A DNA stretch of 61,548 bases, counting the filler. It is 15 parts of 15 records of this genome, joined end to end, with 100 filler letters (N's around TTAATTAATTAA, not from the genome) between each part and the next. Parts side by side here need not be neighbours in the genome. Positions count along the whole stretch, not along the records: positions 9,744 to 13,203 come from SRR15195285_12282; positions 13,304 to 16,682 come from SRR15195285_12284; positions 16,783 to 19,977 come from SRR15195285_12289; positions 20,078 to 24,023 come from SRR15195285_12323; 11 more parts are not named here. The stretch is one strand, 5' to 3'. Both the position numbers and the translations under genes were made by a program. The notes beneath the pieces were generated by a model. The model had not been told where the DNA came from, made no database searches, and saw only the letters and a list, made by a program, of their open reading frames with translations. This document shows, piece after piece, positions 9,971-20,179 of the stretch. How positions within the stretch are numbered: the first letter of the stretch is position 1; each line of letters begins with the position of its first letter.

Positions 9971-12900
9971 TCAACGCTTTGCCACGATGAAAGAATAGGC
10001 TCCAGCCGTCACACTCGCAAATATCTCATCTACGCCATCGACAGCTTGCACTGCAAGGCACACGCTCTCACCCTGATGTGGCCGGCGGTTGTTTGATAGT
10101 CCAATCTCTTCCGAAGCACACAGCGATAGTACTTGGTCTCTACCATTCCGTACAGTCACTTCGTGAGCGTGCAAGCCGAGCAACGGAATGTGCACTTCAG
10201 CGCTTTGGACTGCTGCAGGAATCGTCACATGTAGCACTAGCAGCTGCACGCCCTCCTGCAAACTGTCTGTATCATGGATTGCTCCATTACGCGTCCAGTT
10301 GGAGGCCACGACGCCGCGCACGGTCGTCACCGCAGCGCTAACAGAGGAAGGTCCGTGAGTCTTTGACACCAACGGCTTGATTCGCACTGTTGCGTAGCCA
10401 GGCGATGACGGTACGATTCCAGCGAGGTATTCGTACTGCCACTCCCCGACTCCTCCGCAGAGGAAGATGTGATTGTGCGTCGCCTGGCCTCCTTGTTGCT
10501 GTGGGAGCTTGCCTTCGTCTGGGCCATTAATTCCCGTCCATGACTCCCAGCAAGTGGTTGCGTTCTTGCTGATCCACCACCCCCATGAGGGATAGCTCGT
10601 CTGCATGGCCAGCTGTAGCGCAGTATCATGTCTCCCCTCCTCACTGAGAGTGCGTAGCACCCACTTTGCGCCAACGGAACCAAAGGTCAAATGGAAGTTT
10701 CGAGCTACGATATCTGCCTCGAGGGCTTCAACCGCTTTCGATCGCCGCTCTTGACTGCCTACGCCCGCGCCGAGACTAATCGCATTCACCGTCTGAAGCT
10801 GGTTTTGGTCGTGAGTCCAGCTACTGAGCGTCTGATTCCAGTAGCGTTCGTCAAAGATCGCCACAGACTTATTGTACACCGCACGGTACCTCAGAGCATC
10901 TGACTCCTCACCGAGTACTGTGGCCACGGACACCACCTGCTGCAGAGCCAGCAGCCAGTTCGCTGCGGCAAGTTGACCCGCTGACTCAAGCGTCAGGGGA
11001 TCCAAAGCCTTCCAGTCGCCGTAATTCCAGAAGTTTACTAGTCCATCAGGGGTGACTTTCTCAGCCATGTGCATCTGCCCGGCCATGAAAGCGTTCAAGG
11101 AGGGCCAGTATTCGCGCGCAGTGTTCACATCATCGTAGTACTTGACCAACCAGCCAACAATCAATGGATATGCAGCCGTCCATGACAGATCTAAGCCATC
11201 TGCTTGGTGTCCATCACTAGTCGGCAACACACACTGCCCATCCATTCCTCCATCAGGGGCCAGATTGCCGCAGGTGCCCTGCAACACTGGTAGATTTGGC
11301 GCAATGAAGCCCTGAAACGCCGACTGATCGGTGATCTGAGAGTCGCGGATGTTGCGCAGAAACGTCCGAAATGTAGTCGGCAGCCACATATTGTACATTG
11401 CCTCCTCCGCAGTAACCTGGCTGTCGCCAGTCCAGCCGTGCTTCTCGCGGCTCGGACAGTCCGTCGGCTGGAAGGCGACGACATTGCTACGCTGTGATGC
11501 CTTCGTGATGTCACGAATGCTCGAGAGCACCGCGGCGCCTTCACCACCAAACTCAATCGTTCCTGTTTCTTTCACGTCTGCACCGCTCCACCGCGCGAGT
11601 AGTGCATCGGCCGCGCCGCTGAAAGTAACTCCAGGACCTGGTCTCACAAGCACGTATTGAAACGAATGCCAAGTGAACTTAGGGTTCAGCTCCTGACTGC
11701 CATCAGAGTCCAACACAAACGTGTCACAACCCGCGTTCCACGCGCCAATGGTCTCCGAACAAACTGGCCGGGAGCCATTTCGCACAGTAAACGGCGGCAA
11801 CAATGGCACACAGCCGCCCAGATCGTGATCCCAGACTTCGCAGTACTCGAGAGTTAGATTTCCGCTGCCTGTTGCAGCACCAGGTTTGACTGAGGCATGA
11901 CCGACGATGTTAGCAGGAAAGCTATACAGTAGAGTCCCGGGCCGTTGTGGCACTGCAGTGATAGACACTGCCAGTGCACCGCCTTTTACACGTGCAAACG
12001 GTGCAGGTAGTGGAAACAGCTTCCCGGCAGGGCGGCCTGTTGGAGTGTCTGGTGCAACCAACGCTGGAGCCCAGCCTGCTGATATGTCGAGTGTTGTATC
12101 CGTCGTTGTGCCACGCCACGGGTCGTCTGCAAGAATTGGACCGGGGCGCCCGAGGACCGAGTGGTCGTCTCCAGAGCGTAGCAACACGTTCTGCCCAGCT
12201 TTCCCGTCCGCAACAAGCAAAAATTTGCAAGCTGATAGGCCAGGCTGCATATCACGGTCCTGACCATGCCCCCAGGTCTGTGTGGAGGTGTTCGACGCCC
12301 AGAATCCCCCGCCACAATCCGTGATGACGTCGGTCATCGTAGGAGATGAGAGAACATCGCTGAGGTCGAACGAGAAGTAGTGCACACTTCTCTGGTTGTC
12401 TGCCCACAGGCTTACTCCCACAGTATCACCAACCGCACCCCCATCTACGTCCACAGTTACTCCACCTGGAGAGGCAACGTGAAGCTTCAACTTGGTGACG
12501 TTTGCTGGCATCGTTGGGATCTGCATCTTGAACTGCCGATGCCCTGCCCCGAGCCACGCTGCAGCACCCCAATCGTCTTCTGACAGAAGACCAACATCGA
12601 ACGACGCTTCGCTTGTGGTAGATTCACCAGAACGATGGGCCCAATACCGTGCCGTCCAGATGTACGACCCACCAGTCTTCAGAGCTGTGCCGCAGATGAT
12701 ATTGACGGCCGCGACTCCTGGCTGCTTTCCCGAGTCCCACGCCACACCACCCGCAATATTCGAGACGGTGATGCGGTAGTGGGTCATCGAGTCGTCACTG
12801 TCCATTTCATCCGGCACGATGAAAGAGAAAGCCGGGCGCACGCTTGCAGTGACCAGTATCAGCGGTTTGTGCTGCTCGTCCATCAGGTCCACACGCAAGT

Positions 12901-13012
12901 TCACCGGTGCTGCAGGGGTCTGCAGCAGTGTGGCGGCGGTCGTATAGGCGCAGTGCGATGGAACCAGCAGCAGCAAGAGAAGGGACGGAGCGCACAGCGG
13001 CGATAGCATCAT
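9971..13012 (-). CDS. Secreted alpha-L-rhamnosidase-like glycoside hydrolase (GH78)
   Basis: Signal peptide MMLSPL..LLLLLLVPSHCA. Motifs PKFTWHSFQYV, PTDCPSREKHGWTGD, YGDW, QTSYPSWGWW..ATTCWESW and THNHIF..GVGEW. Single exon. Confidence 0.93.
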   Translation of the reverse strand: MMLSPLCAPSLLLLLLVPSHCAYTTAATLLQTPAAPVNLRVDLMDEQHKPLILVTASVRPAFSFIVPDEMDSDDSMTHYRITVSNIAGGVAWDSGKQPGVAAVNIICGTALKTGGSYIWTARYWAHRSGESTTSEASFDVGLLSEDDWGAAAWLGAGHRQFKMQIPTMPANVTKLKLHVASPGGVTVDVDGGAVGDTVGVSLWADNQRSVHYFSFDLSDVLSSPTMTDVITDCGGGFWASNTSTQTWGHGQDRDMQPGLSACKFLLVADGKAGQNVLLRSGDDHSVLGRPGPILADDPWRGTTTDTTLDISAGWAPALVAPDTPTGRPAGKLFPLPAPFARVKGGALAVSITAVPQRPGTLLYSFPANIVGHASVKPGAATGSGNLTLEYCEVWDHDLGGCVPLLPPFTVRNGSRPVCSETIGAWNAGCDTFVLDSDGSQELNPKFTWHSFQYVLVRPGPGVTFSGAADALLARWSGADVKETGTIEFGGEGAAVLSSIRDITKASQRSNVVAFQPTDCPSREKHGWTGDSQVTAEEAMYNMWLPTTFRTFLRNIRDSQITDQSAFQGFIAPNLPVLQGTCGNLAPDGGMDGQCVLPTSDGHQADGLDLSWTAAYPLIVGWLVKYYDDVNTAREYWPSLNAFMAGQMHMAEKVTPDGLVNFWNYGDWKALDPLTLESAGQLAAANWLLALQQVVSVATVLGEESDALRYRAVYNKSVAIFDERYWNQTLSSWTHDQNQLQTVNAISLGAGVGSQERRSKAVEALEADIVARNFHLTFGSVGAKWVLRTLSEEGRHDTALQLAMQTSYPSWGWWISKNATTCWESWTGINGPDEGKLPQQQGGQATHNHIFLCGGVGEWQYEYLAGIVPSSPGYATVRIKPLVSKTHGPSSVSAAVTTVRGVVASNWTRNGAIHDTDSLQEGVQLLVLHVTIPAAVQSAEVHIPLLGLHAHEVTVRNGRDQVLSLCASEEIGLSNNRRPHQGESVCLAVQAVDGVDEIFASVTAGAYSFIVAKR

Positions 13013-13517
13013 ATGGGCGCTACACGCGCGATCGGTCCTCTGTATAGCACGCTTACTCCGGCTGCCCACAGCGCAGGGTGAGCGTTGCAGCACCACGCGC
13101 ACCGATTAGAACATCGATACGCAAGGCCGGCGCCGCGCGCGCCGCGCGCGGGCTTTATTTCGGGCCCAGATCGATTTTGGGGTACCTATGGGTACCCAGA
13201 AAANNNNNNNNNNNNNNNNNNNNNNNNNNNNNNNNNNNNNNNNNNNNTTAATTAATTAANNNNNNNNNNNNNNNNNNNNNNNNNNNNNNNNNNNNNNNNN
13301 NNNAGGCTCCGAAATCGAGGTACCTCACGTGCCTTCTCGCCTCGACCTTCTGGCCCCACTCAACAGTCGAAAGTGCCATCCCTAGCTTTCAATCGATACT
13401 AGCACTCTAATGCTGCATTGGTCTACTGCCAACGCATTTGACTACTGTTACTTGGAGTCTAATTGATGATCCTGTCGTACGTGAGTGCCCTTGTATCTCG
13501 CGCCACCACAATATGAC

Positions 13518-16500
13518 TTATGGGACCGAGTTGGCGGGGACGGCCAGCGTAAACTCTGCTGGCACAATCGATTGCCGAAGATACCTCGGCGGTTTATAGC
13601 GTCGAAGAAGTAAGCTCGAGCTGACCACGGTCACGCTAGACAACGCCATGGCTGCCCCCGCTGCTTCAGGCGGAAGGCGGACCTGCATCGCTGGGTACAG
13701 GAGCCCTGCAGCAAGTGGTATCCCGAGGATGTTGAACCCCAACGCCCACACAAAGTTGAGACGGATCCGGTTGAAGACGACGCGAGAGAGGTGCAGGGCT
13801 ACAACGACATCGCATAAGTTATCCTTGACTAGCACTGCGTCGGCGGTCTCGATTGCAACATCACTGCCACAGCCGACAGCAATACCTATGTCAGCTTGCG
13901 CGAGTGCCGGAGCATCGTTGATGCCATCGCCCACCATTGCCACCCGCTCTGCCCCGTCACGCTGCAGTTCTTTGATTTTAGCGCTCTTCTCACCTGGTAC
14001 CACTTCAGCAAGCACGTGGTCTGCAGCAATCCCTGCCTGCCGAGCAACCGCAAGACCGCAGCGTCTATTATCGCCAGTGATCATCCACACCTTGAGGCCC
14101 TGCTTACGCAGGGCAGCCACGGCGGTCACTGCCGCAGGTTTCAGCACGTCTGCCACAGATACCGTCATCGATAGTATGCCGTCGACTGCCATGGCAATCA
14201 CTGTCTGGCCCATTTCCTCGTGCTGTTGCATCAGAGACTCGACTGCATCCGGTACGGCCACCCCAGCTCCGGCGAGCAGAGCACGGTTGCCTACCAAAAC
14301 ACGTGCGGTGTTGCGTTCATCACCTTCGCCGTCGCTGACATTGCACGCGACACCCCTTCCAGGTATTGCCTCGAAATCTTGCGCAGCAAACTGCGCCTTT
14401 GCGTCCGGCGCGAGTTTCGCAAGCTCCTCTTCCACATGCCGAAGTACGGCACTGGCCAAAGGATGCTCGCTGCCATTCTCGGCTGCTGCAAGCACCCTGA
14501 GTAGCCAGGCACTCCGCTCCGGCGAAGCTTCTGAGTGGCCATCCGAGAACGCCGCCGTGTGAGTGACTGAAGGTTTGCCTGCAGTGAGCGTGCCTGTCTT
14601 GTCGAAGCATACGGTGCGAACCTGTGAGCCGACTTCTAACGCCCTGCCGCCCTTAATGAGTATACCATGCGACGCGCCTACTCCTGTTCCCACCATCACA
14701 GCTGTTGGCACCGCGAGCCCCAATGCGCAGGGACAAGCGATGACAAGAACAGAAATTGAGAAGAGCAGGCTAAACAGCACGTCGCCCTCTTTCTCAGTCC
14801 ACTCCTCCGGCACGACGTCCGACAGAACAAGAGAGTACCATACGATGAAGTCGATCAACGCGATCACAAGAATTGCCGGGACGAACACCTGCGAGATACG
14901 GTCCGCGAAGCGTTGAACAGGAGCTTTGTTTGACTGCGCGTCCTGCACCAGCTTGATGATCCGTGCCAAGGTTGTGTCTTTACCTGTTTGAGTCACCCGC
15001 ACCCGCAGCGCACCGTGACCATTGACTGTGCCACCTATCACCTCGGAGCCATCCTGCTTCGGTACTGGAACTGACTCGCCAGTAACCATCGCTTCGTCAA
15101 CATTGCTGCGTCCCTCCATGACGAAACCATCCGCAGGGAGTTTTGACCCAGGCACGACTTTGACAATGTCACCGGGTTGAAGTTCGTCTGCAGGCACTAC
15201 AGTCTCCGTGACCACTTGGCCCTTTGCATTGAGTGTAAGTAGCGTTGCTTCATCGGGCTGCAACTTCATCAGTGCTTCGACTGCGTGCGTTGTCTTACGC
15301 TTGGCTCTTGCTTCCAACATGCGTCCAAGCGCCAGGAACGTGATGAGCATCGCTGAAGTTTCAAAGAACGGCATATGTGCTTCTGCATCCGCGGTGAGCA
15401 CGATGTAAATGGAGTAGAAGTAAGCTACGGAGGTGCCGAGGCAGACAAGCACGTCCATTGTTGCAACACCGTGCCGAAGTGCGGCAAAGGCCTGCTTGTA
15501 AAATCGCGCGCCCACGATGAACTGAACGGGAGTGCTGAGCGCCCATGACATCAGATCGGCGACCGAGAACACACCGCCATCCATCCCACCCATGCCTTCC
15601 ATATCACCATGTCCAGCATGTTCAGTGTCTGTCATCACGTCGGCTTCGACAAATACAGGGTCCAGAAGCCAGGGAAACCAGCCAAGCGGTGGAAAAACCA
15701 TCGTGATAAGAAATACTGGCAGCGTTAAGATTAATGATACGGCAAAGAGTCGTGTCCAGATGCTCGCGTCGTCTTCCTCCTCTTGTTCGTTGCTCAGATC
15801 GACATCGAGAGTCGAACCAAATTGAGGAGTTGCAGTGAAGCCCAAGTCGCTGATCATTTTGGCCAAGATCCGCACACCGGTGAGTCTTGGGTCGAGTGCG
15901 ACAACAATGCTAGCATCCTTCGTGCTGATGGTGGCGGACAACACACCGGACTGCGACTGCATGGTGTTAGAAATCTTTTCCATGCACACATCGCAGTTGT
16001 CTAGACCTCGTCCAATCGGTGTGCCGCAGCAGCTGGTGCCCTCAATGTCGATCTCCATGCTGCTAATCAATCCTTCTTCGTCTTGCTGACTGATATCACG
16101 CGCAGTAAACCCCAGAGAGTTGATGGCATCGACCAATTCCGGCACTGTGACAACTGCGGGGTTGAACTCTACAGTAGCCTGCTCTTGCAGCAAGTTGACG
16201 CCCGCAGACTTAACTCCGTCTATATTGCCCACAACCTGCTCAACCCGACCGGAACAAGACGCACAGGTCATCCCGTGAACCGAGAGCAACGCCGTGCCTG
16301 CAGGGGGTGTCTTGCGGCCGCGCGGAGAAGCATGTTGTCCAGGCCTCAGCTTGCATCCAAAACCTACGCTTTCCACAGCAGTACAGATATCTGAAGCAGC
16401 TACTAGTTCCGCGTTGAACCGCACAGTGGCAGAATTCATGAGAAGGTTGACTTCTGCGGATTCGACCCCAGTCAGCCTGCCCACAGTACTCTCTATACGA

Positions 16501-16670
16501 CCTGAACAAGACGAGCACGTCATCCCTGTAACGGTAAAGGACTCAGTCAACACTGCTGACGCAAACCCGTCTTGCTCTGAATGTCGTCCGCCCACAACCA
16601 CGGTAGACGGTGCAAGTCGCAACTGCGGCTCCGGAAGCTTCGCAGGGTCGATCGCCGCCGCGCCACCCAT
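13518..16670 (-). CDS. ATP7: Copper-transporting P1B-type ATPase (ATP7/RAN1/CopA-like) with three HMA domains
   Basis: GMTCSSC and GMTCASC metal sites, TGES, IACPCALGLA, DKTGT, SEHPL, GDGINDAPAL, MALSS. May extend 5' past the contig edge. Confidence 0.96.
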   Translation of the reverse strand: MGGAAAIDPAKLPEPQLRLAPSTVVVGGRHSEQDGFASAVLTESFTVTGMTCSSCSGRIESTVGRLTGVESAEVNLLMNSATVRFNAELVAASDICTAVESVGFGCKLRPGQHASPRGRKTPPAGTALLSVHGMTCASCSGRVEQVVGNIDGVKSAGVNLLQEQATVEFNPAVVTVPELVDAINSLGFTARDISQQDEEGLISSMEIDIEGTSCCGTPIGRGLDNCDVCMEKISNTMQSQSGVLSATISTKDASIVVALDPRLTGVRILAKMISDLGFTATPQFGSTLDVDLSNEQEEEDDASIWTRLFAVSLILTLPVFLITMVFPPLGWFPWLLDPVFVEADVMTDTEHAGHGDMEGMGGMDGGVFSVADLMSWALSTPVQFIVGARFYKQAFAALRHGVATMDVLVCLGTSVAYFYSIYIVLTADAEAHMPFFETSAMLITFLALGRMLEARAKRKTTHAVEALMKLQPDEATLLTLNAKGQVVTETVVPADELQPGDIVKVVPGSKLPADGFVMEGRSNVDEAMVTGESVPVPKQDGSEVIGGTVNGHGALRVRVTQTGKDTTLARIIKLVQDAQSNKAPVQRFADRISQVFVPAILVIALIDFIVWYSLVLSDVVPEEWTEKEGDVLFSLLFSISVLVIACPCALGLAVPTAVMVGTGVGASHGILIKGGRALEVGSQVRTVCFDKTGTLTAGKPSVTHTAAFSDGHSEASPERSAWLLRVLAAAENGSEHPLASAVLRHVEEELAKLAPDAKAQFAAQDFEAIPGRGVACNVSDGEGDERNTARVLVGNRALLAGAGVAVPDAVESLMQQHEEMGQTVIAMAVDGILSMTVSVADVLKPAAVTAVAALRKQGLKVWMITGDNRRCGLAVARQAGIAADHVLAEVVPGEKSAKIKELQRDGAERVAMVGDGINDAPALAQADIGIAVGCGSDVAIETADAVLVKDNLCDVVVALHLSRVVFNRIRLNFVWALGFNILGIPLAAGLLYPAMQVRLPPEAAGAAMALSSVTVVSSSLLLRRYKPPRYLRQSIVPAEFTLAVPANSVP

Positions 16671-17015
16671 GCTACTGGCCGCNNNNNNNNNNNNNNNNNN
16701 NNNNNNNNNNNNNNNNNNNNNNNNNNTTAATTAATTAANNNNNNNNNNNNNNNNNNNNNNNNNNNNNNNNNNNNNNNNNNNNACCAGCCCAGCAGCCCAC
16801 GTTTTGTCGCAATCTGATTCAAGGTTGACTCATCGATCGAATTGGCCACCACCTGGCACAGCACCATTGCAGAGTCGACAGAGTGCTCGTAGGCAGCTGG
16901 TAGAGCCGTACAGCTGTAGGCGACGCGCCCTGCGTGGTGCCAGCAGCACCATACTATTCATAGTACGCATAGATAGCTGGCAGCGAGAGCCGGGGTTGGG
17001 CAGCGGCGGTAGGCG

Positions 17016-17861
17016 ATGCTCGCCTCTGAGGGGCTGATCAACAACACGGAGGAGGCCGTTGCGGCGATGCAGCGCTCGGATGTGCAGGCGGAGTCGGACT
17101 GGGTGCTCACGCGCCGCCCACCACCTCATGCGGTTGTGCTGTGCGAGGACCCGCTGGTGTTCTATGTGGACGACTTCACCACGGACGAAGAGTGTGACGC
17201 TATCATCGCCAAGTCGTCGCCGCAGATGAAGCGCGCGCGGGTCTCGGGGGTGCAGGACGGGCGGGTGAGTAGCGGCAGGACGAACAGTGTCGCATGGATG
17301 GCCGCTGCTGGCGATGAGATTTTCGAGCGCGTCGAAGACAAGGTATGCGATCTGATTGGCTGCCGCCCCGAGTGTACCGAGAGCTTCCAGGTAATTCACT
17401 ACGAGGAAGGCCAGGAATACAAACCCCACCTGGATGCCTACGACACGTCTACTCCCCACGGACAGAATAACTGCAAGCGCGGCGGCAACCGCCTTGTGAC
17501 AACTCTGCTTTATCTCAGTGACGTCGAGGCTGGAGGAACGACGGCGTTCACCAAGCTGGGTGTGGAGGTGGAGGCGAAGAAGCGCCGCATCGCCGTCTTT
17601 TACAACTGCTTGCCAGGCCAGGCGGCGGACGTCAACCCACAAACGATGCACTGTGGCTCGCCGGTGGACGCTGGCATCAAATGGGCAGCAAATAAGTGGG
17701 TCAGGCAATTTCCGATGCACAGGCAGCGACCGCGCCGCCTGGGGGCGCCACCGGAGTGGGCAAATATCCCAGAGGTGGCTGGCTGGGACGGGGGTCACAA
17801 GGGTGGCGAGGGCGATAGCGTCCCAGAGCCGGAGCCAGAAGTCAGCGCAGACGGATTATGA
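17016..17861 (+). CDS. Prolyl 4-hydroxylase alpha-like 2OG-Fe(II) dioxygenase
   Basis: RTNSVAW, ESFQVIHYEEGQEYKPHLD, RLVTTLLYLSDVEAGGTTAF, MHCGSPV..KWAANKW (HxD..H..K). Confidence 0.92.
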   Translation: MLASEGLINNTEEAVAAMQRSDVQAESDWVLTRRPPPHAVVLCEDPLVFYVDDFTTDEECDAIIAKSSPQMKRARVSGVQDGRVSSGRTNSVAWMAAAGDEIFERVEDKVCDLIGCRPECTESFQVIHYEEGQEYKPHLDAYDTSTPHGQNNCKRGGNRLVTTLLYLSDVEAGGTTAFTKLGVEVEAKKRRIAVFYNCLPGQAADVNPQTMHCGSPVDAGIKWAANKWVRQFPMHRQRPRRLGAPPEWANIPEVAGWDGGHKGGEGDSVPEPEPEVSADGL

Positions 17862-17913
17862 CAGCAATATAGATGCCGCTGACAAGTCTCAAACGCTGCG
17901 CGTTTAGCACTCG

Positions 17914-19977
17914 TCACACCAGCTTAAGATCACACGCAACGGGCAGATGGTCAGAACCCCACCGCAACACTGCAGCCCGCACACCGTAGCCCTCATCAGC
18001 AGCCTGAGCAGCCTCTTCATCGCTGACAAACACGTGTGGCGTCGCGCTCGCGCTCGTCGTGCCCGTCCCTCCAATCACCCCGCAAAAGACGAAGTCGATG
18101 ACCATCGACATCCCAGCGCGCGTGCAGGCAACTCTGGAAGGCGCTGACGCCTGCCCAGGCTGCTCCGCAGAGTTGATCGTTGCCTCGACAAGCTCGCCAC
18201 CATCGACGCCATCGCATAGCAACCGCAGCGGTCCGCCTGTGTCAAGAACAGCGATAGCACTGCCGATCTCGTCGGCTCCGACTGGCGTCACCGGCGGACG
18301 GAACGCCGGCCTCACTAACTGTGTGCCGGGGCAAGCAAAAAAAGCCTCCGAATTGCCGTGCAAAAACTCCTCTCGGATAGCATTGAAGTCTCCACCGATG
18401 GCGACAGTGCACGGCGGTGCCCCAGCAGCAAGCAGAGACTTCGCCAACCCAGACACCTCGCTGAGTACTGCGCGCACCTGGTGCCGCCGCAATAGGACCT
18501 TGCGTGTGTCGGACGGCTGAGCACTCTCTAGATGCACCGCACACACCAGCACCAGCGCCCCAGTTCTCGGTGCCGCCTGCCCCTCGGTACCATCTGGGCA
18601 GCGCTGCTGCAACAGCAGCATACAAGATGACTTCGGGCGAACCACAGACTCCCCAAGGCCTTGCTCCTTTATGCTCCTCACTACCCCGGGTATATCCAAC
18701 TTGTCAGAGACTCCCAATATCTCATGTACCGGTTCGAACTCAGCACTGTCGTACAGAATCGTTGCCTGCCCACAGCCTCTCTCTGGAGAGAGCTCCCGCG
18801 CTGAAATGTAGGGTCTGTTCGTCGGCGGCGGCAGTTTGCGCCATTGGCCATCAAACTCTACGGCTGTGATGATACTTGGATTCACCGCTGCAATCGTATC
18901 GCAGAATATCCGATGACGTTCCGCGAGCGAAGCGCTCTCTCTCCATTGTTCGACCTCAACCATTAGCACCTTTGCTACTAAAGCTGCTCGTTCCTCTGCG
19001 GTGGGAGGTACGCTAGCTGCGCCAATGAATCCGCTGAGAGCCTGCGTCGCACCATCATTATGCAGCGAGTGTCGACACAGCTGCAGCAGCAGGAGCCGAA
19101 CCGCCGAGTGTAGCGTCATAGAGGTGACTTGTTGCACAGTACCGCTTGCGTCCACCTGGGCGTAGATAAACGAAGCCATCTCAGCAGGAATGGCAGCCTC
19201 CGCTCCACTGCGACACATGCACGACAGTGCTGCCAGCTGCTCGGCGTCGTCTACGTCGGCAAGGAACGCTCGCAGGTCCTTGCACCACTTGTCACGCCAA
19301 ACATTGTTGCCGCGTTTCCAGATTGCCTCTACCTCACTACGATCCCATCTGAGGGTGCCGTGGTCAGGATCAAACACGCGCCCACGGATGGATTGGATGC
19401 AGTCGCGTTTCATCTGTTGCGCCGCATCGGCGCCATCACTGCCGCCTATCGCCTTGTCTAGCTCCGCCTCGAACCGCGGTGTGGACCAGCAACCGGACTC
19501 ATCCACTGCGCTACAGAGAAAGAGTGTGCGCAGACAGTTGGCGAGATCTGGGCCAGCATGCAGGGATCCACCATCCGCATCGGCGAGCCGGGCCTCGCCG
19601 CCGAGAGGGTGATACAAGATGTTGTACACTAAGTCTAGAAAGCCGAAGAAGTCGGCACTGCTCCTCAGCGGCGCGACACGTGGGAGCGTACTGAAGTCGC
19701 GGGCCTTTTTGAAGCAGACGAAGCGTCGACCGGTTCCGTCGTCGCTAAGCGAGTCCAGCAGCGCGTTGAACCGGACGCTGAACTCCGACGAAAGCCCGAT
19801 CGCCCCCGGTGCATCTGTGAGGCCGTCCTCAAATACGTTCGTCTGCAGCACTCGCGCATGCATCCGGCCTCGGGCTGCCTCTCTGTATCCGGCAGCACGG
19901 GTCGCTGGCGAGACTAACAGCCGGCGGAGGGCACCAAGGCGGTGCAAGGGAGGTCCGCCTGCTGCTGCTGCGGCGGC
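17914..19977 (-). CDS. EEP-superfamily phosphatase/nuclease (nocturnin/CCR4-like) with a large insertion; possibly 5'-partial
   Basis: RVLQTNV, NPSIITAVEFD, VHLES, IGGDFNA, IDFVF and WGSDHLPV motifs. Frame is open to the contig edge. Confidence 0.8.
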   Translation of the reverse strand, partial: AAAAAAGGPPLHRLGALRRLLVSPATRAAGYREAARGRMHARVLQTNVFEDGLTDAPGAIGLSSEFSVRFNALLDSLSDDGTGRRFVCFKKARDFSTLPRVAPLRSSADFFGFLDLVYNILYHPLGGEARLADADGGSLHAGPDLANCLRTLFLCSAVDESGCWSTPRFEAELDKAIGGSDGADAAQQMKRDCIQSIRGRVFDPDHGTLRWDRSEVEAIWKRGNNVWRDKWCKDLRAFLADVDDAEQLAALSCMCRSGAEAAIPAEMASFIYAQVDASGTVQQVTSMTLHSAVRLLLLQLCRHSLHNDGATQALSGFIGAASVPPTAEERAALVAKVLMVEVEQWRESASLAERHRIFCDTIAAVNPSIITAVEFDGQWRKLPPPTNRPYISARELSPERGCGQATILYDSAEFEPVHEILGVSDKLDIPGVVRSIKEQGLGESVVRPKSSCMLLLQQRCPDGTEGQAAPRTGALVLVCAVHLESAQPSDTRKVLLRRHQVRAVLSEVSGLAKSLLAAGAPPCTVAIGGDFNAIREEFLHGNSEAFFACPGTQLVRPAFRPPVTPVGADEIGSAIAVLDTGGPLRLLCDGVDGGELVEATINSAEQPGQASAPSRVACTRAGMSMVIDFVFCGVIGGTGTTSASATPHVFVSDEEAAQAADEGYGVRAAVLRWGSDHLPVACDLKLV

Positions 19978-20179
19978 NNNNNNNNNNNNNNNNNNNNNNN
20001 NNNNNNNNNNNNNNNNNNNNNTTAATTAATTAANNNNNNNNNNNNNNNNNNNNNNNNNNNNNNNNNNNNNNNNNNNNATTTAAAGAAAAACTCGCGCCAG
20101 GCCTACAAACATCGTATCGGGGAAATCGGCCCTCTGTCAGAGGCGCAGCCACGCACGCGGAGCGGGGAGGGAAGCGGCG

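Noticed and set aside
19918-19944. PTS2-like RLGALRRLL in the EEP protein
   Set aside because: It lacks the required His/Gln at position 8, and the N-terminus may be incomplete.
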